The notes under the pieces are model-generated. The model ran no database searches. It was given only the letters and a program-made list of their open reading frames with translations, and had not been told where the DNA came from. This document shows, one piece after another, positions 48,842-63,230 of a stretch of 64,000 bases of DNA (positions are counted from its first letter, which is position 1; every line of letters starts with the position of its first letter). Where the stretch lies: contig CM119263.1 in NCBI GenBank assembly GCA_051294375.1, positions 3,924,161 through 3,988,160 on the forward strand. Direction: 5' to 3'. The DNA is from Paraspadella gotoi (taxonomy: Eukaryota > Animalia > Chaetognatha). A program made the position numbers and the translations under genes.

Positions 48842-49851
48842 NNNNNNNNNNNNNNNNNNNNNNNNNTCTACAGATGAATGATAATCAAGCATATGTTTGA
48901 TACATGCAAACATTATGAGGTCCACGAAAGAAAGTGATTGCCACTACCGGGAACTTCTCGGTTCTTCTTTTATTTTCTTATTTATTATTTTTCTTTTCAC
49001 TTTAGTTTCTCAAGTTGTATGCGACTTTTTTTTCCGTCTGTTTTTATTCCCACTTCTGTCGGTTTTAAATCGGATTTTTTTTTCTTTTTTTTTTATTCTT
49101 TCTTTTTTTTGTTTTAAACGGCCTTCAAATGTTTTCTTTTTCGGATTTAAATCGCACAAAAAAAAATTTAATGTCCATAGAAAATGTTTTCCACTTGAAG
49201 GAAAATGAAGAGGGAAGGGAGAGAGAAGAAAGAGAGAGAGAGAGAGAGAGAGAGATGAGACGAGAGAGAAGGAGAGAGAGAGAGAGACGCCGAGAACTGA
49301 GAGGGGAAAAGGTTTTTTCCGGCGAGCGCGCCATTAAAACGACGCTAGATCCATTTCCGGCGCCGGAATTTGAATTTTATTCAAAAACTCGTTGGCAGAG
49401 TCGAGATGGCGTTTGTTCTCACGAGAGGGGAAAACTGTGAGTAAGAACAAACAGAAAGATCGGTAGAAAAGAGGATGAGAGAGAGAGAGATAAGAGAGAG
49501 ATGAGGAGGGAGAGAGAGAAGAGATGATGTGAGAGAGAGAGAGAGAGAGAGAGATAGAAAGAAGCAGAGAGGAGAGAAGAGAGAGATAGTGAGAACGCGA
49601 GAGAGAGAAGAGAGATGAGAGAATTGAAAACCGAATGACAGATTGACACCCAATTAGATTCAACACCAAACAGATAGACGGACGGGACTAAATCCAAACA
49701 AACGAACTGACAACGCAGATCTTTCCCCACTGACCCTGACTCGTTCCCCTCTCGCTTTTCTCTTTTTCGCCTCCGAAAATAAGATTTCGTCGTCGCTAAT
49801 TCCAGAAATTGAGGTCTTCATTTCTCAGAAATCCCGATTTGGTCCTTGAAC

Positions 49852-51547
49852 CTTCGAGGAGGTCATCCTCGTTCGCTTCCAAAGGATTTTCACTGGATTT
49901 TTTCTTTCGGGAAATTTCTTTTTTTTTCTTAATAATCTTTTTTTTTATTTTTTTCCCTTTTTTTTTATTTTCCTTTTTTTTTGCATTATCTTCTTCTGTC
50001 TTTAACTATAACTATTTTTTATGAAATTGGTACAACCAATATAAAAATTATCCATTCATTTAATAAATAAGCTATCTTGCCCCTGACTTTGGACAGGCTT
50101 TGGTGGTTTAAGGCCTCCATCACTCTTACAAGATAATGACATAGCAGGTCCCTGCTTATATTATTTTTTTCCCTGTTTTTATTCTCTATTTTCTTTTTTC
50201 CTTAATAATTCAGTTTTTTTTTTTCTTTATTCCAAATCTAAATTTAAAAAAGCACAACTTTCACTCGCGCGACGAGAAAGTGATCACCAATCAACTCCCG
50301 CCGAGAGAAAAGACAAAAGGGCAACGACTTATCCTCACAAGTTGTGAGTCACAACAACTAGTGAAGACATCTGCGGGAGAAACGGAGGAACTTTTCACCA
50401 AAATATCCTAGGAAGATAGTATATATATCTTGTATATACATATTGTATATCCTGTATATAGTATATATATCTTGAACTACAAGTTGACTTTGCCCAATTA
50501 TTTTGGGAAGATTTATTTCTAAAATGAATCGACAGTCAGAGGATCTCTTATTAAACGGAAAATTGAAATAATATCCTTTTGATATCGTTATCATTTTTCG
50601 CCACCACTAGAGTAACAAAAAAGCAAAAAAAAAAAAGCAGAAAAAAGCAAAAAAGAAAAAGAAAAAACTCAGATGACGCGGCGTGGCGCCAAAAGACGCC
50701 AAAGGGCGCGAACGGTCGACCCGGAAATCTTGTCTTCCTTTTTTTTTTCGCTAGAGAGATGGCGAGAGAGAAGTCGAGAGAGATGGCGAGAGATTGTGGA
50801 AGGGGCATGAAAATTTGGGATGTAGAGGGGGACAGGGAGGGATGTGGAGGAGAAGCGAGCACGAGAGAAAGCCGAGGGTCGATGCCCGATTTGAATTGAG
50901 TTCGACTCCAAAAGATAATTTTTTGGGATTCAACTTTCACCCTGGAAGACTCCTCAGTCATCACTGTTGCGTGAACTTGTGAGAACTTTCACGCTGTGTC
51001 TCGAATTCTTTGCCTCAACTCTCGGGGATTCAGGAGATTTCGAACGTAGGCTCGTAGAGGATGGAATTCTTTAACGTGGAAAGAATGTACATCTCTAGTG
51101 TGTTTAATTACCACGATTTTTCGTTCATAACTTCGTTCATCGATTCGTTCATCAAATATTCATCACTTCTAAATACAAGACAAAGAGGCATAGAAAATAA
51201 TAAACATTTTCTACAGTAGAAACGACGGTTCCATACGTTAGAATATTTTCCCATATCTCAGTTTTTTATAATTTATTCTTATTATTTTTTATTACGTATT
51301 TAGTTTACATTCTTATTTATTATTATTATTTTTCTCATTACTCCTAATTAAATTCTCTCGACACGAATTAAAATTAACTTTCACGTGACTCATCGTCTCA
51401 CGTTTCACTCTCGCTAATTCCCAAGTAATTCGTCGAAAGCTTCACGTGAAAATGATAAATTGAGGAAAGGAAGAAGGGGAAGAGAAAGACACATCGGAGA
51501 CAGATGAATGAGAGAGAGAGAGAGAGAGAAGAGAGCAGAGAGAGAGA

Positions 51548-51591
<44 letters not shown>

Positions 51592-51808
51592 AGAAAGAGA
51601 GTAAGAGAGAGTGAAAGAAGAAAGAAAGAGAAGAAAGAAAGAAGCAAGAAGAAGAAAGAAAGAAAGAAAGAAAGAAGAAAGAAAGAAAGAGAACGAAGAG
51701 AAGGATAAGAAGAAAGGAAGAAGAAGAGCAGAGAGTGACAGAGTGAGGAGGAGAGAATGGAGTATATATATATGTAAGAAAGAAAGAAAGAAAGAAAGAA
51801 AGAAAAAG

Positions 51809-51846
<38 letters not shown>

Positions 51847-53141
51847 AAGAAAGAGAAAGAAAGAAAGAAAGAGAGGGACGTTACTTTTTTCTTGTTCTTC
51901 CTCTTTATTTATGTTGATTAGTTTTTCTTTCGCTACCTTCAAGCGAATTATTTTCCTCTCATGGATTCATGTGACTGCAACAGAAGAAAACTTATCCCAA
52001 TAATTTCTTTAGCTCAAAGAATTTTTCTCACAACATAATTTCTTTCTTTTGTGGAAATTTCCTTAATTTTCTCACGTTCGGTCACGTGATCTCACTCTCT
52101 CCCGCTCGACTTCATTTTTTTCAGGTGACATCTGGGACCAAAAGTCAATGTCTTTGTTTTGTTGTTCAACCATGAAACTTTTTATCGGATGGCGGTGGCG
52201 GCGGCGGCGGCGGCGGCGGCAACTAATTACCACCTGCATTCGACGCCACTAATAGTCAATGCTCATTGCTCCTTGCAACTTTTCCCTATTCACTGATGGT
52301 CGACTTTTTCATCAATTGCAGAATGAACTGAATCGCATCGGGTTTCTGCCGCCTATTGCCAAATTCCATCTACCGCCATCTGCCGCACGCCATCTGCCGC
52401 CTATTGCCGCATTCCGTCTGCCGCCATTTGCCACTAGCAATCTGCCGTCTGCTGTTTGCGCTTCTTTTTCTTTCAGTTTCATCGTTCAAGAAAAAAAGCA
52501 CAACAACAACAATAACAACAAAAGTCAGAAGACCACAACCAATTTCTAGTTTGGTGGCGCTGGAATCGACTGACCCTTTTTTGCCCGATCGTTTAACCTT
52601 TCGCAGAATGCCCGCCCTGTGTCACCACATCGATCCCATTGTTTAACCTTTCACCGAATGATCAAATCCAAAGTGAGACGGTTTCACTTTTCGCAGAGTG
52701 ACTTCATTCAATGTTCCAGTTGGCCTTATATTCCGAAAACGCTCAATTTCATCCTAAATTCTGAATTAGGTAAACATTTTTTTGGTTAAAAATTAGGCAG
52801 AAGGTTAGGGTTAGGAATTAGATTAAGGATTAATTTATGGATTAGGTTTAGGATTAGGATTAGGTTCAGGATTATGTTGATTTTCAGGATTAAGGTTAGA
52901 GATTAAGGGGTAACAAATTAAAAACCATGCTTAGGTTAAATATTTAGTTTAATATTAAATAAATTTAAAGAGTAACAAATATGGGGCGCTTTGGGAAAAG
53001 AGGTCCCGACAGGTTAACCTTCGAATGGTTTCGCTTTTTTATTTTCCATTCGCTTCCCTTTTCCCTTTAGTTGCTCTTTTATTAACCGCTCGCATTAAAG
53101 TCAGCCATGTTCTTTCCTTTTCCCCCACTCTCTCCCATGGT

Positions 53142-53181
<40 letters not shown>

Positions 53182-53633
53182 CTCTTTCTCTTCCCTCTCA
53201 TGGTTTGTTTGTGGCTCTCTCTCTCTCTTCTCTCGTCTCTCTCTCTCTCTCTCCTCTCTTCTCTCTCTCTTTTGCTTCTTTCTCTCTCTGCTCTGCTCTC
53301 TCACTCTCGTCTCTCTCCTCTCTCTCCTCTCTCTCTCTCTCGCTCATGGGTTTTGTTTGTCCTCTCTAAGATGGGATTGGTCCGTTTCCCTTTTGTTTCC
53401 CCCGTATTTTTTTTCTTCCTCTGGCGGCAGAGAGAAGAAAAGTTTTCGCGGTTTATGTCGACTGGTAATTTCCGTGTCCCGGTCCATTACCTTCGGTTAC
53501 ACCTCTTTTGCCTTCTCCTTCCCCTCCTCCTCTTCCTCCTCCTCTTCCTCCTCCTCCTTCTCCTCCTTCTTCTCCTCATCAAGTTAAAAAAAATCCCCAG
53601 ATTTTTTACACCTTCCCAAAGTCGTTCGCTTTT

Positions 53634-53665
<32 letters not shown>

Positions 53666-56600
53666 AAAAAGCAGAAGAGATACTCTTCGAGGAGGTTATC
53701 CTCGTTCGCTTTCCCGGATTTTCACTGGATTTGTTTCTTTCGGAGAAATTTTTTGTTTTTTCTTAATAACTCTTTTATTTTTTTTCCCTTTATAATTTTA
53801 TTTTCGCTTTTTTTTTTTTGCGATTATCTTCTTTCTGTCTTTAACTATAACTATTTTTTAGTGAAATGGGTGACAACCATGATAAAAATTATCCATCATT
53901 TAATAAATAAGGCATCTTGGCCCCTGACTTTGGACAGGTTTGGTGGTTTAACTGCCATCACTCTTGACAAGATAATTGACATATGCAGGTCCCTGCTTAT
54001 ATTATTTTTTCCCTGTTTGGTTTATTCTCTATTTTTCTGTTTTTCCCTTAATAAGTGTCAGTTTTTTTTTTTCTTTATTCCAAATTAAATTTAGAAAAGC
54101 ACAAACTTTCACTCGCAGCGAACGAGGAAGTGATCACAATCAACTCACCGCCGAGAGAAAGAGACAAAAGGGAACGACTTTATCCTCACAAGTTGTGAGT
54201 CACAACAACTAGTGAAGACATCTGCGGGAAGAAACGGAGGAGACTTTTCACAAAAAATATCCTGAAGTAGTATATATATCTTGTATATACATATTGTATA
54301 ATCCTGTAATATAGTATAATTAGATCTTGAACTACAAGTTGGACTTTGCCCAATTTTTTTTGGAAAATTTTTCTAAAATGAATCGACAGTCAGAGGATCG
54401 TCTTTATTAAACGGAGAAATTGAAATAATATCGCTTTTGATATCGTTATCGATTTTTCCGCCAACCACTAGAGTAAAGCAAAAAAGGCAAAAAAAAAAAG
54501 CAGAAAAAAAAGCAAAAAAATCAAAGAGAAAAAACTCAGATGACGCGGCGTGGGGGGGGGCGCAAAAAGCGCCAAAGGCGCGAACGGTGCGACCCGGAAA
54601 TCTTGTCTTCCTTTTTTTTTCGCTAGAGAGATGGGCGAGAGAGAAGTCGAGAGAGATGGCGAAGATTGTGGAGGGGGCATGAAATTTGGGATGTAGAGGG
54701 GGAACCGGGCGGGATGTGGAGGAGAAGCGAGCACGAGAGAGAAGCCGAGGGTCGATGGCCCGATTTGGGATGAGTTCGACTCCAAAAGATAATTTTTGGG
54801 ATTCACTTTCACCGCTGGAAGACTCTCAGTCATCACTGTTTGCGTGAACCTTGTGAAAACTGAACTTTCACGCTGTGTCTCGAAATTCTTTGCCTCAACT
54901 CTCGGGATTCAGGAGATTTCGGGAAGTAGGCTTCGTAGAGGATGGATCTTTAACGTGGAAAGAATGTACATCTCTAGATGTGTTTAATTACAACGGATGT
55001 TTCGTTCATGAACTTCGTTCATGCGATTCGTTCTCAAATATGTCGATGCAGCTTCTTAATACAGAGAAAGAGGCATAGAAAATAAAATAAACATTTTCTA
55101 CAGTAGAAACGACGGTTCCATACGTTAGATATTTTCCGCATATCTCAGTTTTCTTTAATAGATTTATTCTTATTAATTTTTTATTACGTTATTTAGTTTA
55201 ACATTTCTTATTATTATTATTAATTTTTCTCATTACTCCTAATTAAATTCTCTCGACACGAATTTAAAATTACTTTCCCACGTGACTGCATCGTCTCACG
55301 TTTCACTGCTCAGCTAATTCCCAAGTCAATTAGTCGAAAGCTTCACGTATGAAAAATGATAAATTGAGGAAAAGGAAGAAGGGGAAGAGAAAGACACATC
55401 GGAGACAGATGAATGAGAGAGAGAGAGAGAGAGAAGAGAAAGAAAGAGAGAGAGAAGAAGAGAGAGAGAGAGGAGAGAGAAGAGAGAGGAGAGAGAGGGA
55501 GAGAGAAAGAGATGTAAGACGAGAGTGAAAGAAGAAAGAAGAGAGAAGAAGGAGAAGAAGAAGAGGAAGAAAGAGAAGAAAGAAAGAAAGAAGAAAGAAA
55601 TGAAAGAGAACGGAAGAGAAGGAGAAGAAAGGAGAAGAAGAGCAGAGAGTGACAGAGTGAGGAGGAGAGAATGGAGTATATATATATGTAAGAAAGGAAA
55701 GAAAGAAAGGAAAAAGGAGAAGAGAGAGAGAGAAGAAAGAGAAGAGAGAAGATGTAGGAGAAAGAGAGAAGAAACGGAGCTTCGTTCTATCAGGGCGCAG
55801 GATTGTTTTATGTTGATTGTTTTTTCTTTGCGCTACCTTCAAGCGAATTATTTTCCTCTCCGATGGGATTGCATGGTGACTGCAAAAGAAGAAAACTTAT
55901 GCCCAATAAATTTCTTTAGCCTCAAAGAATTTTTCTCACAACATAATTTCCCTTTGCCTTTGTGGAAATTTCCTTACGTTTATAGTGTCACTTTCACTCG
56001 ACGATTTAGGCACGTGATCTCACTCTCGTCGCACATGAATTAAGCCGCTCGACTTCAATTTTTTTCAAGGTGACATCTGGGGACCAAAAGTCAATGTCTT
56101 TTGTTTTGTTTGTTCAAGCCATGAAACTTTTTATCGGATGGCGGTGGCGGCGGGCGGCGGGCGGCGGCGGCCAACTAATTAACCACCTGCATTCGACGCC
56201 ACTTAAATAGTCATGCTGATTGCTCCCTTGCAACTTTTCCACTATTCACTGATGGTGCGACTTTTTCATCAAATTGCGAATGAACTGGGAATAGCATAAG
56301 GGTTTCCTGCCGCCTATTGCCAAAATTCCATCTATAGCCGGCCATCTGCCGGCACGCCATCTGCCGGCCGTATTGCCAGCATGTCCGTCCTGCCGCCATT
56401 TGCCACTAGCAATCTGCCGTCGTGCTGTTGTGCGCGCTTCTTTTCTTTCAGTTTCATCGTGTCAAGAAAAAAGCGACAACAAGCAAACCGATAACAACAA
56501 AAGTCAGAAGACCACAAGGACGCAATTTCTAGTTTGGTGGCGCTGGATCGACTGACCGATTTTTTGCCCGATCGTTTAAAGCCTTTCGCAGAATGCCCGC

Positions 56601-57170
56601 CCTGTGTCACCACATGATCATTGTCTTAACCCTTCCACCGAATGAGTCAAATCCAAAGTGAGAACGGTTTCACGTTTTCGGCAGAGTGACTTCGATTCAA
56701 TGTTCCAGTTGGCCTTATATTCCGAAAAGCGCTCATTTCCATCCTAGAATTCTGAATTAGGTAAAGGCATGGTTTTTGGTTAAAATTAGGCAGAGAGGTT
56801 AGGTTAGGAATTAGATTAAGGATTAATTTTGGATTAGGTTTAGGAATTAGGAATTAGGTTCAGGAATTATGTTGATTTTCAGGATTAAGGTTAGAGATTA
56901 AGGGGTAACAAATTAAAAACATTGGCTTAGGTGTAAATATTTAGTTTAATATTAAATAAATTTTTAAAGAGTAAGCAAATATGGGGCGACCTTTGGGAAA
57001 AGAGGTTCCGGGACAGGTTAACCTTCGAATGGTTTCTGCTTTTTTATTTGTTCCATTCGCTTCCCTTTTCCCTTTAGTTTGCTCTTTTGATTAACCGCTC
57101 GCATTAAAGTCAGAGCCATGTTCTTTCCTTTTCCCTCCACTCTCTCCCATGGTTTGTTTCTCTCTCTGTT

Positions 57171-57207
<37 letters not shown>

Positions 57208-57347
57208 CTCTTTCTCTTCCCTCTCATGGTTTGTTTGTGGCTCTCTCTCTCTCTTCTCTCGTCTCTCTCTCTCTCTCTCCTCCTTCTCTCTCTCTTTTTG
57301 CTCTCATGGTTTGGTTGGTCTCTCTCTGCTCTGCTCTCTCACTCTCG

Positions 57348-57380
<33 letters not shown>

Positions 57381-57720
57381 GCTCATGGGTTTTGTTTGTC
57401 CTCTCTAAGATGGGATTGGTCCGTTTCCCTTTTGTTTCCCCCGTATTTTTTTTCTTTCCTCTGGAAGGCAGAGGAGAAGAAGTTTTCCGCGTTTTATGTC
57501 GACTGGTATCATTTCCGGTGTCCCCGGTCCATTAACCTTTCGGTTCACCTGCTTTTGGCCTTCTCGTTCCCCTCCTCCCTCCTCCTCCTCTTCCCTCCTC
57601 GCTCCTTCTCCCTCCTATTCTGTGCTCCTCATCAAGTTAAAAAAAAATCCCCAGATTTTTTAAGCAACCATCCCAAGAAGTCGTGTCGCTTTTTCTTTCT
57701 TTCTTATATCTTTCTTTTCT
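49852..57720 (+). repeat. ~3.8-kb tandem duplication (49852-53660 / 53686-57720) ending near a 25-N gap
   Basis: Both copies start CTTCGAGGAGGT(C/T)ATCCTCGTTCGCTT and are collinear; the second carries frequent single-base insertions. Confidence 0.93.
52722..53006 (+). mobile_element. TTAGG-containing MITE-like element (duplicate at 56711-57009)
   Basis: GGCCTTATATTCCGAAAACGCTC ... GGGGCGCTTTGGGAAAAGAGGTCC form an imperfect inverted repeat around degenerate TTAGG/ATTAGG repeats; the left end resembles GGCCTTATTTTCTCAGAAC at 9141. Confidence 0.55.
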
Positions 57721-57813
57721 TGTCTTATCTTTCCTTTTTTCTTTATCTTTTCTTTCTTCTTTATTTATTTATTTTTATTTATTTATTNNNNNNNNNNNNN
57801 NNNNNNNNNNNNT

Positions 57814-57844
<31 letters not shown>

Positions 57845-59251
57845 TTTTTGTTATTTTTCTTTCTTTCATTCTTTCTTTCCTTCTTTTTTTCTTTTTCTTT
57901 CTATTTTTTCCTTCTAATTTTTTACCCATTGACAATGAATACATCCATTCTGCGCAATTTATTTTCAATGAATTTTAAACAGTCTTCCTCTTCTTCTCTA
58001 ATTTTTATTTAATATTTTTTACTTCCCATTTTTTTTTTCATTTTAAAATCCGCATTATTTTTTCATTCCACAATTCAATTGAATTTTTATTTCCGATTTC
58101 CTCTAAAATTCCATTCATCATTTTCTCTTCTCCAACCGAATATATTTCGATTTCCTCCACGTATAATTACTACATGTTTATTTTTATTTTTTAATCTAAC
58201 ATTTTCGAAGAGCTAGTTCAACGATTTTATTACTTTCTCTTTAACAGTTAATATTCGTTTCACCACCAGTTAATTTCTTTTCTTCGACAACATTTCATTT
58301 TTTGTTCTTCTTCCTCTTCCCTCTCCCTATTTTTTCTACGGCGTCCTCTTTTCGTCGTTAAGATTTTAATGGGTCATAGACAGCGAGGCGAAGTAACGAA
58401 CGACGAAGACGACGAAAACGACGACGAAAACGACGAAGACGACGCCGACGATGACGACAATAATGACCTGGTCGCTGTTGTTAAGGGTCACAGCTGCTCC
58501 GTTTGTTAGGTAAGTGAACTGATCGTCATTAGCGGGTAAGGGTTTCTTAGGATAGAAGATGACGACGATGACGAAGACGACGACGACGACGACAATTGCG
58601 ACAGGAAAGTCACCAAAAATTTTTTTCCCAAATGAGTTTTTTAACTTACCTTAGAAAAAAGAAAATAACTAAAATTTTCGGTGACAGTCGATTTTAACGG
58701 AGNNNNNNNNNNNNNNNNNNNNNNNNNNNNNNNNNNNNNNNNNNNNNNNNNNNNNNNNNNNNNNNNNNNNNNNNNNNNNNNNNNNNNNNNNNNNNNNNNN
58801 NNNNNNNNNNNNNNNNNNNNNNNNNNNNNNNNNNNNNNNNNNNNNNNNNNNNNNNNNNNNNNNNNNNNNNNNNNNNNNNNNNNNNNNNNNNNNNNNNNNN
58901 NNNNNNNNNNNNNNNNNNNNNNNNNNNNNNNNNNNNNNNNNNNNNNNNNNNNNNNNNNNNNNNNNNNNNNNNNNNNNNNNNNNNNCTTTTGTGCTAATAA
59001 AACCTTAGTTCCTTTCTCTTCTTAGTTTTAATTATGTTTATATTTTATTCATATATTTCCCGGAGACTAAGCCGCGAAATTAGCCCCTCTCATTTGTTTA
59101 AAACTCATTTCATTTTTTTTTCTTTTCCTTTTTTTCCCCTTCTTCCCCCAACTAATTTCTTTTTCCCTCATCGGCTTTTTTCGCGACGACTCATCTTTGC
59201 TTCCGGTGAGAAGTACACGCGATCGCATGCAACAACAACAACAAAGACACT

Positions 59252-59284
<33 letters not shown>

Positions 59285-60301
59285 ATCACCTCGGTGAGGA
59301 TTACTGCACTTTGCATTATAATCGTCATGGCAATGATAAGAAACTGATATGATGATATTGTCACAAGAGGAGAATGGCCGTGATGAAATGAACAACCGGT
59401 TTTCCACGGTCAACATTTTCACTCCATTGAAATAACAACTCCAGCTCCGGTACCAAACCACGCCATCATCGCCCTCACACTCAAAGTAGCTGCAACAGCA
59501 CCTTCCTTACCTCCTGAAGTAAAATACCCCCACTTTTAAAGGAAGCTGCAGCTTAGTAACGCCCCCTCACCTAAGAAGATGCCTCGCCCACCCCCCTCGC
59601 CCNNNNNNNNNNNNNNNNNNNNNNNNNNNNNNNNNNNNNNNNNNNNNNNNNNNNNNNNNNNNNNNNNNNNNNNNNNNNNNNNNNNNNNNNNNNNNNNNNN
59701 NNNNNNNNNNNNNNNNNNNNNNNNNNNNNNNNNNNNNNNNNNNNNNNNNNNNNNNNNNNNNNNNNNNNNNNNNNNNNNNNNNNNNNNNNNNNNNNNNNNN
59801 NNNNNNNNNNNNNNNNNNNNNNNNNNNNNNNNNNNNNNNNNNNNNNNNNNNNNNNNNNNNNNNNNNNNNNNNNNNNNNNNNNNNNNNNNNGAAAATAAAT
59901 AAATAAATAAAAAAGAAAAAAAAGTGTGAATCCCGTGAGAGAAGGAAATTTGTTTACGTTGGGATTCGGAGCGAAGAGGAAGAAGAGGGGGAAGAAGAAG
60001 AAGAAGAGGAGGAAGAGGAAGAGGAGGAGGAGGGGAAGAAGAAGGAGGTTATGGAGAGCGAGTGGGTTGTTGGTAGAAGAGGCCAGGTTTTAGTGGAACG
60101 ATGAAAATTCTAAATCTCTCACTCGCCTTAAAAAAATGAGAGTTACAAAATTGAATTATTTGAGGTTATTTAAAGAAAAAAAAGAATTTAAAAATTAAAA
60201 AAAATATCCTTGCTTTAAGATCACGCTTTGGAACTATTAATGAATAATGGAGTACAGACACAAATAAGAAAAGAAGGCGAAAGGCATTAATAAATAAATA
60301 A

Positions 60302-60344
60302 AAAAATAAATGAAAACTAATGCCATTAGTTTTCATTTATTTTT
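60302..60344. repeat. Perfect 21-bp inverted repeat with a 1-nt spacer
   Basis: AAAAATAAATGAAAACTAATG-C-CATTAGTTTTCATTTATTTTT. Confidence 0.95.
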
Positions 60345-61230
60345 GGACGGAATTCTAAAAAGTGGTGTGAGCGAAAGAACGAAATTTCCGTCGGAAGAAA
60401 ATCGAGAAAAAATATGATTTTCTCGTCGTAAAACAAATTAGCAAAAAATGGAGAGAAAAAAAATTTAGACGTCTTGTTAAAAAAAAACCCGCAGCAGGAT
60501 TTTCCGGGTTTTTTTTTTTTTTTTTTGCGTTTGTTCCTCCCTTTACTTCCTCCTTTTACTGCCTTCCTTTCTTTACTTCTTTCCTTTTTATTTTTCTGTT
60601 TCTCCCTTTACTTCCTTCCTTCTTTCCTTTTTTTGCTCCTTTCCTTTTTAATTTTATGTTTCTCGCTTTACTTCCTCCATTTATCTCCTTTCTTTGCTTC
60701 TTTTTAATTTTCTGTTTCTCCCTTTACTTCCTTCCTTAACTTCCTTTCTTTCTTTCCTTCCTTCATTTTTATTTTTATATTCCTCCATTTACTTCCTTCC
60801 TTTCTTTGCTTCTTTCCTTTTTAATTTTATGTTCCTCCCTTAAGTTCCTTCCTTTTCTTCCTCCTTTCCTTTTTAATTTTCTCTTCTTCTCTTGCTTTTT
60901 TAATCTCTCTCTTTTCTTTTCGATCTCCCTTTTCCTCTCTCTTGGCTTTTTGTTCTCCCCTTTCCTCTCTCTTTTCTCCTCTCTCTTTTTTATTTCTTTT
61001 CAAACTTCTATCCTATCTTCCTTTCCTTTCCTCTAATCTGTTTTCCTTTTCTTTTTCCTTTTTATCATCATTTTTTTCTTTGTAATTTCTCTTAATAATT
61101 TTTAACTTCCCCTCGTCTTTACCACTCGTGCTCTTTCGATTTGTCTTTTCCATTTCACTCTGTCTCTCTCTTCCTCATTTCTCATTACCTCCTTCCTCTC
61201 TCTCATCGTTTAACTTCACCCCTTTTCAAA

Positions 61231-61285
<55 letters not shown>

Positions 61286-62123
61286 TGTCTTTCCTCTCGC
61301 ACTCTCTCTCGCTTATCCCAAGCTTTGAAGTGGTCCGAAAGCTTTTAGCTTTTCCGGATAATTGTCAGTTTCCTTTTGACAATGAAAACGAGCTAAGTTT
61401 CCTGCACTAAGTAGCGAGTTTTTTTTTATAAATGTTATTTAGTAGTATAAAAGATATTAAATTTTTTATGATTCTTCTTACTTTTAACACAATTATCCCG
61501 AACCAACAGATAGATAAAGAAACTGACAGACCGACCAAAATCTCTTCCATTGAGTCGCGTTGAAAATCAGCGACTAAAAAAGGAGAAAAAATAAAAGAAA
61601 AGAGTCTAGATGCAAATGAGAAGAAATTGGGAGAAAGAGAAAAACACAAACAGTCAATTGTAAATCTATTGGACCGAAACCTCAGATCGCTGTCGGGCGA
61701 AAAGAGAGAAAAAAAAAACAGGAGAAAACAATCGGAAACAGAGAAAAAACAAACAAAACAGAAAGATTGGAGTGAGAGAGAGAGAAGGAAAACTTTTTTT
61801 TGAGAAAAAAAAAAATCACACAAAAATATGAGGATTGTAAATCTTTTTCCTTGCGAGGGCGGTAATCAGTCAGAGGGCTTTGTTTTGCCTTGTTTCGCCT
61901 TCGTTTTGTCGCGAGTATCGCCTTTGTTTCGTTTCCTAGTATCGCTTTTTTATGGCGAGCGTATCGCTTTCGTTGTCCCCGTGTATATCTCGCCTCGTTG
62001 TTCCTGACGCGGAATAAAAAGATTTACACAAGTTTTATTATTGGGATAATAAATTTCTTTTCACGCCGATAGCCAGTGCGACGACGACGACGGCGACGAC
62101 TATTATGACGTCCATGTAGATAA

Positions 62124-62223
<100 letters not shown>

Positions 62224-62280
62224 GATTGCAGCTCAAACGAAGAGGTCATTGAGACCAGAAGAAATGAAGAAGAATCGGGG

Positions 62281-62323
<43 letters not shown>

Positions 62324-62854
62324 TTTTAAACGAATGCGTTTTCTTCGTTGATGACGAAAAGCGGAAGAATTTTGTGATGACAGAAAAGAAAAGAATCAAA
62401 ACAAACAAACATTTGTTGCGGGTGAAAGATGGAGGAAAGGGAGAGGGAAAAAGTGGAGGAAAGGAAAGTGGAGGAAAGGAAAGGAAAGTGGAGGAAAGTA
62501 GGAAAAAGGAGAATAAAGAAAGATAAAGAAAGTTAAATCTAGGAAAAATAAGAAATGAAATGTACTAAGAAGAGAAGAGTCAAGTGTAAAAAGAGAAGAA
62601 GTAAAAAAAGGAAAGTAAAAGAAAGTTAAAAGTAAATAAAAAATTGAGAAAAGGAAATAGAATTTGACGATGGGAATTCTGTAGTTGGAAGAAACGGAGG
62701 AAGCTGCGCGGGTGAGGTTTCTGGGGNNNNNNNNNNNNNNNNNNNNNNNNNGAGGGAAGGTGAGAAACGCGGCGCACCATTAAAACTTGCCTTCAATTTC
62801 ACGCCGCCAAGAATTTCGCCGTCAAAAAGCTGCAACAAATACACAGGACGTGTT

Positions 62855-62924
<70 letters not shown>

Positions 62925-63230
62925 AGTAGATTTGAAACCGCAGGGAGACACAGTGAGGTTGAGATTTTCAAATAAGAAGGGCAAATTTTTTTTTGCGTGG
63001 TCGTCGTCGTCGTCTTTATCGTCGTCTTCCATTGTCGTCGTCACAATTCTTACGTTTTGAAAATCTCAACTGAGAATGAGGAAAATAAAAAACTGGTAAT
63101 CGAAAAAATCTTGGTTTTTCTGTCCGAAGGTAAAATATAAAGATTAAGTCTTCAAGTTTTTTAACAAAACATTTTCTCATTTTTTTACGCCTTTCGTGGC
63201 ATCCGAATTTCGCCTTGATGCATCGCCTGC

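Larger units (their letters stand above)
40800..49650 (+). repeat. Triplicated block (40800-43438; 43520-45205; 45660-49650), separated by 25-N gaps
   Basis: Anchors GAAATCTTACTGA at ~40801/43538/45691; GAACGCGAGTACTC at 41920/44443; ATGAATGATAATCAA-like at 42607/44891/48874. The copy at 45660-48700 is about twice as long because of inserted bases. Confidence 0.88.

Noticed and set aside
59180-59600. Alternative genetic code (TAA/TAG = Gln)
   Set aside because: Only a handful of codons, an extra frameshift is still needed, and there is no conserved gene in the window to test it on.
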